Below, one piece after another: positions 1 through 10,200 of a DNA stretch of 64,000 nucleotides (position 1 is the first letter of the stretch; every line of letters begins with the position of its first letter). Under the pieces are notes generated by a model. It worked only from the letters and a program-made list of their open reading frames with translations, had not been told where the DNA came from and did not search any database. Position numbers and translations under genes: made by a program. This DNA comes from Caecitellus pseudoparvulus (taxonomy: Eukaryota; Protista; Bigyra: Bicosoecida), in contig CBFFRQ010000044.1 in assembly GCA_965644315.1 (NCBI GenBank), positions 1 through 64,000 on the forward strand. The letters run 5' to 3'.

Positions 1-835
1 TAACCCTAACCCTAACCCTAACCCTAACCCTAACCCTAACCCTAACCCTAACCCTAACCCTAACCCTAACCCTAACCCTAACCCTAACCCTAACCCTAAC
101 CCTAACCCTAACCCTAACCCTAACCCTAACCCTAACCCTAACCCTAACCCTAACCCTAACCCTAACCCTAACCCTAACCCTAACCCTAACCCTAACCCTA
201 ACCCTAACCCTAACCCTAACCCTAACCCTAACCCTAACCCTAACCCTAACCCTAACCCTAACCCTAACCCTAACCCTAACCCTAACCCTAACCCTAACCC
301 TAACCCTAACCCTAACCCTAACCCTAACCCTAACCCTAACCCTAACCCTAACCCTAACCCTAACCCTAACCCTAACCCTAACCCTAACCCTAACCCTAAC
401 CCTAACCCTAACCCTAACCCTAACCCTAACCCTAACCCTAACCCTAACCCTAACCCTAACCCTAACCCTAACCCTAACCCTAACCCTAACCCTAACCCTA
501 ACCCTAACCCTAACCCTAACCCTAACCCTAACCCTAACCCTAACCCTAACCCTAACCCTAACCCTAACCCTAACCCTAACCCTAACCCTAACCCTAACCC
601 TAACCCTAACCCTAACCCTAACCCTAACCCTAACCCTAACCCTAACCCTAACCCTAACCCTAACCCTAACCCTAACCCTAACCCTAACCCTAACCCTAAC
701 CCTAACCCTAACCCTAACCCTAACCCTAACCCTAACCCTAACCCTAACCCTAACCCTAACCCTAACCCTAACCCTAACCCTAACCCTAACCCTAACCTAA
801 CCCTAACCCTAACCCTAACCCTAACCTAACCAAAC
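1..835 (+). repeat. Terminal telomeric array (CCCTAA)n (TTAGGG on the minus strand)
   Basis: Uninterrupted CCCTAA hexamers from base 1. CCTAA/CCAAAC variants occur only in the last ~45 nt next to element A1. Confidence 0.99.
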
Positions 836-3757
836 TTTCCAAATGTCAAGCTAATCACAAGTTGTGAAGTGCTAACATTGCCTAATCCAGGCGCTCGTGC
901 ACCCAAGTGTGGTGTTGCACAGTGCTTGCTGGTTGGGTGGTGCGCACCGGGGCGGGGTAGTGCGAATTCCGCACACCATCGCACCGTGGCTCCCAGTTTG
1001 CGCCCTCGGTCGGGGCATGCACCTGGGATCGACATCAAAAGCATCATTGACAAGCATCATGAACGCCCAAGTGGATCAAGTCCTGGGGGTCCTCTTCGTG
1101 GAGGGGTGCCTGAAGCGCAAGCAAGTGCTCGGCCCCAGAACAGGTGTCTTCACTGACATGCCACGTCGGGGTGCCGCACGCACCTTCGAGCTTGGAGGAC
1201 CCCTGCCCAAGACTGATCATGATAGTTCATCTTCGGCACGGGACATGTGGCTCGAGGTCTATGGGGAAGCCGCCGAACGGCTGATCCCAGGGCTGAGTGC
1301 GGAATTCGGCAACGCCAATGCGGCCCTGCGCCAGGGACCCACCGGATCGCCAACCATCCTCGTCACGCTCGGAAGTGAGGGTGATTCACCAACAGTGGCA
1401 CGTCAACTTCGCATTCTTGCTGCTCAAGAGGACGACTTCGCCATTCGAGTCGGCCAAGGTGGGTTCGTCGCCGTGGCCTACACCAACACCAAGCAGTTCG
1501 CATCGGCGAAGGCGAAAGTGAAGGTGAAGGCCCACCCCACCGCCATCCAAGTGGCCCACCAAGTGACCAAGGAAGCAACCGAAATCGCCTGCCAGTCAGG
1601 TGATGTTGCCAAGGTCATGTGCCTCGTTAGGTCCCACTTCGACCATGGCCCCGTGCCAGCCCAAGCCGTCCGTCCCAGTGTCAGACAATCCGTCCCCTCC
1701 GAGGGTGATGCACCTGTCGACACCAAGACACCATCGACCTGGACTGACACTCAGCTCGACAAGGCACCGAAGAAGAAGAAGACCCGTCGAGGCAAGCGAG
1801 GAAAGGGCAAGTCAGCCGGACGATCCCTCACCTTCGAGGACGTCTTCATCAAGAACGTCCGGCCACCTGCACCTCGACCAACCTCACCACCTGCCACCCA
1901 AGGCTCACCCAAAGATACCGTCACCACCCCTGTGGTGCATGCCATGTTGCCTTCATCAAGGGTGCAGCGGGGCGTCGACCGCAAGTGGCCGTCCCCCACC
2001 CCGTCGGGCGAGGCAAGCCCCGAGGTGCACCGGTATCGGCCGTCTGCAGCAGCAGCATGGGAGGTGATCACAAGGGTGGTGCCTCTTCATGACAGTGTGC
2101 GGACACCCGAGCACCTGGCCGAGTACCCCATCAAGCCTGGCCCTCTGGCCGACCTGCTGTCATCGACCCACGTGTACTCTAACGTGGGGGGCGGGCCTGT
2201 GTCCAGGCCTGTCTCGAGACGGCAGCAGGGGAGAGGGTCTTCGAGGCTGGGGACCTCCTCCTACTCCAGCATGCAGCCACCATCAACGCTGCCCAGCTTG
2301 CCTTCAAGCACATGGTCAGGCAGCTGGAGGGGGTGGTCAGTGACTCGTCCAGCTCGGACATCATGGACGTCGGCCAGAAGCCACCCTCCCCCTTCCGCTC
2401 AGACGGGCAACGGGTGGCCGTCTTCCGCAACATGCTGCACCAGCACTCGCCGGATGACACCTTCCTGGCCCCAGGTACACCACCAGTCCTGCTTCCCGGC
2501 CTGCACCTGCTCATCGACCGCATCAACCAAGGGTACCGTGCCCCAGCCGGGCATGATGACCTTGGCCAGGCCGGCGTCGACCCCAGCCAGGTTGATGAAG
2601 AGGGTGACCAAGAGGGGCACCTCGACGGAGTGCTGTATGCCTTCGCACTTCGAGAGGTGTGGACCGACAACACGGCCCATCTGCAGCTCATCCTCGTCGA
2701 CCATGATCGAGGCAAGCTGGTGCTGTGGAACCCCGACATCCCTGACCTCCATGACGAGCTGCCCCTGCACAAGTGCATGACCCGGCTGGCAGCCGAAGGC
2801 ATCAACGTCTTGTACCGGATCTGGACCACACCCGAGGCGGGCAGTCCAGCACCCTTCCGGGACAGGCTTCGAGGGGCACTCCAGTCTCTCCGAGATGACT
2901 TCCCCCCCCTGCCTCACAAGGCCACCGACGGCACCGTGCACCCCCAGACCCTCATCGCTGGCAAGGGCACAAGGGTGGCCATGCCTCATGGGCGGATGAC
3001 CCGACAGCAGGCCGCCACCCTGGAGGCTGAGGTCAAGGACCCCCTCAAGCGGCTGGTGCCTGAAGACGGCGAGGGTCGCCTGCCCAAGGTCAAGGATGTG
3101 CCCCACATCTCGATCGGGCAGATGGGTGGACGCCTGATGTAAGTCACCTGTGGGGGCATACTCCCTGTGCCACACATGACTGAAGCTTTGTGTCGCGACC
3201 GACGCACATAGCTGACATCGGACATTGGAAAGTCCAACCCAACCTCACCATCACCAACCCAACATCGATACCAACACATCAGGACTCGGCTCAGTGGAAG
3301 GGGAAGGCACTTGCAGCAAGATCTGTGAGGCCGCCCCCAAACCTGAGCCGAAGGGACAGCCGGGCTGGGTCGTGTGCTTGCATCTCAGCAACACCCAGTC
3401 CGTGTCGAGTCCATATCCTCCAGCCCACACCGCCACCCAAGCCAAGCAAGTCGGGTCTCCACCCCTGGACATCGGACCGAGACGGACGAGACTGGACTGG
3501 ACGGACAAGACAAGAGTGGACCGAGACCTGGACCTACACCTCAAGACCATCCCACCGGGGCGGGCGCTGAAGCGCCAAGACAGACGGCGACTTATACAAC
3601 GGACACGAGTCTGTGCTAGTCGCAAAGCCGTGCAAGCGGTGCCGTCGTGGTGTCTGTGTCACTGCATTCTGTTGTGGCGCAGGTGGCACCACATGTCCAA
3701 GCCCAAGCTGTACCATGATGTAGCCTGCATGGAGGCAATCTGCAATGCATTGAGTAG
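836..3757 (+). mobile_element. Element A copy 1: non-autonomous telomeric non-LTR element (ORF1 only, no RT), ~2.92 kb
   Basis: Telomeric repeats on both sides; repeated at offset 3468 (4304-7225). Its protein is homologous to the N-terminal ~700 aa of element B and its last ~200 nt are homologous to the end of B. Confidence 0.9.
1059..3142 (+). CDS. Element A1 ORF1-like protein (~694 aa once a 1-nt frameshift at the G6 run 2186-2191 is restored)
   Basis: ORFs 897..2780 and 2312..3142 align in series to element B (FTDMPRRGAARTF, EDDF.vR.G.GGF, CVQACLETAAGE, PPVLLPGLH, LVDHDRG.LV.WNPDIPD). ATG 1059 is the likely start; 1017 is also possible. Confidence 0.8.
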
Positions 3758-4303
3758 CTAACCCCTAACCCTAACCCTAACCCTAACCCTAACCCTAACC
3801 CTAACCCTAACCCTAACCCTAACCCTAACCCTACCCCTAACCCTAACCCTAACCCTAACCCTAACCCTAACCCTAACCCTAACCCTAACCCTAACCCTAA
3901 CCCTAACCCTAACCCTAACCCTAACCCTAACCCTAACCCTAACCCTAACCCTAACCCTAACCCTAACCCTAACCCTAACCCTAACCCTAACCCTAACCCT
4001 AACCCTAACCCTAACCCTAACCCTAACCCTAACCCTAACCCTAACCCTAACCCTAACCCTAACCCTAACCCTAACCCTAACCCTAACCCTAACCCTAACC
4101 CTAACCCTAACCCTAACCCTAACCCTAACCCTAACCCTAACCCTAACCCTAACCCTAACCCTAACCCTAACCCTAACCCTAACCCTAACCCTAACCCTAA
4201 CCCTAACCCTAACCCTAACCCTAACCCTAACCCTAACCCTAACCCTAACCCTAACCCTAACCCTAACCCTAACCCTAACCCTAACCCTAACCCTAACCCT
4301 AAC
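3758..4303 (+). repeat. Interstitial telomeric tract (~546 bp, ~90 repeats)
   Basis: CCCTAA repeats with a CCCCTAA variant in the first unit and a CTACCC variant near 3831. Confidence 0.99.
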
Positions 4304-7225
4304 TTTCCAAATGTCAAGCTAATCACAAGTTGTGAAGTGCTAACATTGCCTAATCCAGGCGCTCGTGCACCCAAGTGTGGTGTTGCACAGTGCTTGCTGG
4401 TTGGGTGGTGCGCACCGGGGCGGGGTAGTGCGAATTCCGCACACCATCGCACCGTGGCTCCCAGTTTGCGCCCTCGGTCGGGGCATGCACCTGGGATCGA
4501 CATCAAAAGCATCATTGACAAGCATCATGAACGCCCAAGTGGATCAAGTCCTGGGGGTCCTCTTCGTGGAGGGGTGCCTGAAGCGCAAGCAAGTGCTCGG
4601 CCCCAGAACAGGTGTCTTCACTGACATGCCACGTCGGGGTGCCGCACGCACCTTCGAGCTTGGAGGACCCCTGCCCAAGACTGATCATGATAGTTCATCT
4701 TCGGCACGGGACATGTGGCTCGAGGTCTATGGGGAAGCCGCCGAACGGCTGATCCCAGGGCTGAGTGCGGAATTCGGCAACGCCAATGCGGCCCTGCGCC
4801 AGGGACCCACCGGATCGCCAACCATCCTCGTCACGCTCGGAAGTGAGGGTGATTCACCAACAGTGGCACGTCAACTTCGCATTCTTGCTGCTCAAGAGGA
4901 CGACTTCGCCATTCGAGTCGGCCAAGGTGGGTTCGTCGCCGTGGCCTACACCAACACCAAGCAGTTCGCATCGGCGAAGGCGAAAGTGAAGGTGAAGGCC
5001 CACCCCACCGCCATCCAAGTGGCCCACCAAGTGACCAAGGAAGCAACCGAAATCGCCTGCCAGTCAGGTGATGTTGCCAAGGTCATGTGCCTCGTTAGGT
5101 CCCACTTCGACCATGGCCCCGTGCCAGCCCAAGCCGTCCGTCCCAGTGTCAGACAATCCGTCCCCTCCGAGGGTGATGCACCTGTCGACACCAAGACACC
5201 ATCGACCTGGACTGACACTCAGCTCGACAAGGCACCGAAGAAGAAGAAGACCCGTCGAGGCAAGCGAGGAAAGGGCAAGTCAGCCGGACGATCCCTCACC
5301 TTCGAGGACGTCTTCATCAAGAACGTCCGGCCACCTGCACCTCGACCAACCTCACCACCTGCCACCCAAGGCTCACCCAAAGATACCGTCACCACCCCTG
5401 TGGTGCATGCCATGTTGCCTTCATCAAGGGTGCAGCGGGGCGTCGACCGCAAGTGGCCGTCCCCCACCCCGTCGGGCGAGGCAAGCCCCGAGGTGCACCG
5501 GTATCGGCCGTCTGCAGCAGCAGCATGGGAGGTGATCACAAGGGTGGTGCCTCTTCATGACAGTGTGCGGACACCCGAGCACCTGGCCGAGTACCCCATC
5601 AAGCCTGGCCCTCTGGCCGACCTGCTGTCATCGACCCACGTGTACTCTAACGTGGGGGGCGGGCCTGTGTCCAGGCCTGTCTCGAGACGGCAGCAGGGGA
5701 GAGGGTCTTCGAGGCTGGGGACCTCCTCCTACTCCAGCATGCAGCCACCATCAACGCTGCCCAGCTTGCCTTCAAGCACATGGTCAGGCAGCTGGAGGGG
5801 GTGGTCAGTGACTCGTCCAGCTCGGACATCATGGACGTCGGCCAGAAGCCACCCTCCCCCTTCCGCTCAGACGGGCAACGGGTGGCCGTCTTCCGCAACA
5901 TGCTGCACCAGCACTCGCCGGATGACACCTTCCTGGCCCCAGGTACACCACCAGTCCTGCTTCCCGGCCTGCACCTGCTCATCGACCGCATCAACCAAGG
6001 GTACCGTGCCCCAGCCGGGCATGATGACCTTGGCCAGGCCGGCGTCGACCCCAGCCAGGTTGATGAAGAGGGTGACCAAGAGGGGCACCTCGACGGAGTG
6101 CTGTATGCCTTCGCACTTCGAGAGGTGTGGACCGACAACACGGCCCATCTGCAGCTCATCCTCGTCGACCATGATCGAGGCAAGCTGGTGCTGTGGAACC
6201 CCGACATCCCTGACCTCCATGACGAGCTGCCCCTGCACAAGTGCATGACCCGGCTGGCAGCCGAAGGCATCAACGTCTTGTACCGGATCTGGACCACACC
6301 CGAGGCGGGCAGTCCAGCACCCTTCCGGGACAGGCTTCGAGGGGCACTCCAGTCTCTCCGAGATGACTTCCCCCCCCTGCCTCACAAGGCCACCGACGGC
6401 ACCGTGCACCCCCAGACCCTCATCGCTGGCAAGGGCACAAGGGTGGCCATGCCTCATGGGCGGATGACCCGACAGCAGGCCGCCACCCTGGAGGCTGAGG
6501 TCAAGGACCCCCTCAAGCGGCTGGTGCCTGAAGACGGCGAGGGTCGCCTGCCCAAGGTCAAGGATGTGCCCCACATCTCGATCGGGCAGATGGGTGGACG
6601 CCTGATGTAAGTCACCTGTGGGGGCATACTCCCTGTGCCACACATGACTGAAGCTTTGTGTCGCGACCGACGCACATAGCTGACATCGGACATTGGAAAG
6701 TCCAACCCAACCTCACCATCACCAACCCAACATCGATACCAACACATCAGGACTCGGCTCAGTGGAAGGGGAAGGCACTTGCAGCAAGATCTGTGAGGCC
6801 GCCCCCAAACCTGAGCCGAAGGGACAGCCGGGCTGGGTCGTGTGCTTGCATCTCAGCAACACCCAGTCCGTGTCGAGTCCATATCCTCCAGCCCACACCG
6901 CCACCCAAGCCAAGCAAGTCGGGTCTCCACCCCTGGACATCGGACCGAGACGGACGAGACTGGACTGGACGGACAAGACAAGAGTGGACCGAGACCTGGA
7001 CCTACACCTCAAGACCATCCCACCGGGGCGGGCGCTGAAGCGCCAAGACAGACGGCGACTTATACAACGGACACGAGTCTGTGCTAGTCGCAAAGCCGTG
7101 CAAGCGGTGCCGTCGTGGTGTCTGTGTCACTGCATTCTGTTGTGGCGCAGGTGGCACCACATGTCCAAGCCCAAGCTGTACCATGATGTAGCCTGCATGG
7201 AGGCAATCTGCAATGCATTGAGTAG
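4304..7225 (+). mobile_element. Element A copy 2 (apparently identical to copy 1)
   Basis: The internal ORF translations of 836-3757 recur identically at +3468; same 5' start (aac|tttccaaatg) and same 3' end (gcattgagtag). Confidence 0.9.
4527..6610 (+). CDS. Element A2 ORF1-like protein (same G6 frameshift at 5654-5659)
   Basis: Same translation as A1 (ORFs 4365..6248 and 5780..6610). Confidence 0.8.
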
Positions 7226-7240
7226 CTAACCCTAACCTAA
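7226..7240 (+). repeat. Short telomeric spacer CTAACCCTAACCTAA between A2 and B1
   Basis: Read directly. It is followed by 6 nt (AGAAGG, 7241-7246) that match neither the telomere nor element B at this position. Confidence 0.9.
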
Positions 7241-7246
7241 AGAAGG

Positions 7247-10200
7247 GTCACTCTCGTGAAGTCTCACTTGCGTCAAGCTTCTCCAGCTGCGCACCAAGAT
7301 CGCCAACACGTCCGACAATCCGTCCCCAAGAAGGGAGATGCTGCTGTCGACAAGGCGCCCATTCGACACAACATCAAGACATCCGCACAAACCCAACAGG
7401 CTCCAGGTAAACGCAAGAAGGTCAGGCGTGGTCAGCGCTCCAAAGCAAGCACGGCATCTACACATTCCAAAGTTGTACCAGGGCGAACCTTTGCCGACCT
7501 GTTCAAGACGCCTCCATCAGAAACGACTGCCCGAGAGAAACACCAACACGTGGTGCCATCAAGTCCTCCTGCAAGAATGCCCAAGCTGCAGACGGAGGCG
7601 GTGGTGCTTCCATCGTCACGAGTGCGAACTGGGCAACAAACGCGCTGGGACAAGCCATCAACCCTTGACCAAGATTCGAAGATGCAGGCACCTGTATCGG
7701 AGGACAGCGTGCCCGCATCTCAGACTACTACCTCCACAGCAACAACACTCATCTTGACGCCACCTGCGTCAACCCCTGAGTCGATATCAGAATCAGACAC
7801 CTCGCTCAGCCTGTCTGTACCTGACGCTGCACCTCAGCATATTGTGAAGGTTGTGAGGATGAAGGACTGCCCCCGAGTCCCTGGATCACTCCCCACCCAC
7901 GACATTCCAGCATCGTCACCGCTTGCGCGCCTGCTTGCTTCAGCGAGTGTGTACGGGAACAGAGACCAACGGCATTGTGTACAAGCCTGCTTGGAAACAG
8001 CGGCAGGGGAGAAGATCTTCGAGACTGAAGACCTCGTGGCTCTCCAGCATGCAGCTACTGTCGAGGCAGGACAGCGAGCCTATCGGAACCTGCGTCGTAG
8101 AGCTGCTGCAAACACATCGGACTCCTCCAGTTCTGATGTTCAGTGCACGATGCCAGCAGGCGGTGTCATGTCAGACTGCGCAGAGGATCAACTGGAAGCT
8201 CTTGCTCGCTTGCTGTTTCGCTTCACACCAAAGGACTCCCTTCTGCAAGCACAAGCACCACCTGTCCTTCTTCCCGGTTTGCATATGCTTCTCAACCGCA
8301 TGAACAGTGGGCACCGTGCCCTTCTTGGTGGGAGTAAACTCCATGGGGGCATCTGCCCTCAAGCAGTGATGTACGAGGACGGCCAAGACAAGTATTTCGA
8401 AGGTGTCCACTTTGCTTTTGCTCTGCATCGTCTCCAACACACTGACACTGCTCACCTTACGCTGGTTCTGGTCGATCATGATCGAGGAGTGTTGGTTGTA
8501 TGGAACCCAGACATTCCAGATGCAAGTGTTGAAGTGTCCTTCCACAACTGCATGGAACGTCTGCACGCCGATGCTGTAGAGATGGTCTACCGAGTATCAT
8601 CGACCCCCATGGTGGGCTCTCCAAGCCCCTTGAAAGAGAGACTACGCAATGTGATGCAGTCGCTGAAGCAAGACTTCCCCCCTCTCCCCTTTGCTGCGGA
8701 AGACGGGGAACTCCACCTCAAAACGTACATCGCTGGACAGTTCACCCGTGTTGCTCTCCCAACTGGACGCCTGACTAGACAGCAGGCCTCTGCTCTGGCA
8801 GACGCAAAAGAACATGACCCACTACTGAAGCTAATCCCACAAGACACAGATGCAATGCCTCCACGCTGGGAGCAAGGCCCGTGTACCCCAGTGGGAAAGT
8901 CAGGCACAACTTCCATCTCCATGGTGTCTTGGAATGTTGCAAGCTCCTGTGGGAACCACCTTCACGAAGTCATAGTCTGTGCGAAGTCGGCCTCGTCTCG
9001 ATCTTCAAGGATGGTGCTCTGCCTTACGGAGCCAGGCGGACATGGGACTTTGGACACGGAGATCATGGGACTGCAATGCTTCAGACCAAGTCCACCTGAT
9101 CGTCCACCAGGACGAAGTGAGGTCGCCTTGCTCATCGACAGAAGACTGCGGGCTCAACGGATGGGGGACCTTGGCCTTGATGGCCGCTGTGTTGTTGCTT
9201 GCACCATCCCCACAACGCCAAAGCCTCTTGCAATCATCGCGGCATATGTGCCAAACTGGCACACAGCGCAGCGAAAGAAGCCGTTAGCAGACCCAGATAC
9301 AAAGCTTCCTCACAGGCAGCAGATTTGGGAACAGCTCACAAATGCTGTTCAACATCTGAGGACAACCCACATGATCACACTCATGGGTGATCTGAACTGC
9401 CACCCAGGTCAACACGGGGTAACTTCGTGGGACACGTCATGCTGGCGCAACCAATCTGGCATCCCCGACCCGACGGACGACGTTCAGGAACTTGCGACTG
9501 TATGTGAACAGGCACAACTTCAGCCTGCTGGGGTTGGGGGACAGCCTACCCAAGCTACCTTTCAGAGAGTCTTGGATCACATCCTCGTATGTCCCTCGCT
9601 GCGGTCCCGGTTGGTAAAGCCCCTTGCTGTTGTCACAACATATTCAAGCGCCAGGAAGAAGAACCACCGAAAGATGATCCTCAGTGACCACCACATGCTC
9701 ACTGCCGGCGTTGCAGTCAAGCTGCCCCCCCGACCCAAAGCCTCCAGACAACATTCATCGACCCACTCTGTCCCCCCCTGGTGGGCATCGTCCACACGTG
9801 AGGGACTCAAGGCGCAGTACATGCACAGACGCCATCTTGATGCGTCTCTTGGGCCAGCAGACCTGCATGTCCCTGGACCTGGAGATGAGGCAGAAGCACT
9901 CCAAAGCTTGGACGCCCTCATTACTACCAGTGCTCGAACCACGCATGCCCAGTGCAAGTCCACATCACCTCAAATGATTCAGGCATTTGCTGACATACCA
10001 CGACTCAGCTCCCTGAAGAAACGCATGACAGCCAAGACGAGGTCCATACAGAAGCGACTTGTGAAACTCCGTCGGCGCAAGCATCTGCTGCGGCACTCCT
10101 CACTGCCTAGCTCGATCGAGGCTCTGCGCAAGGAGGAAGAGCGGGAACACATGCTGCTTGAAGACCTGCATGCGACGAGGACTGAAAGGAGGCAAGCGAT

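Noticed and set aside
3225-3761. 178-aa ORF in the A 3' UTR with RRLIQRT similarity to a short ORF in B (14043..14249)
   Set aside because: It starts at a non-ATG codon, the A/B alignment has small indels, and the similarity is explained by conserved RNA structure rather than protein.
3616-4521. 301-aa minus-strand ORF with poly(LG)
   Set aside because: It is simply the translation of (TTAGGG)n, not a gene.
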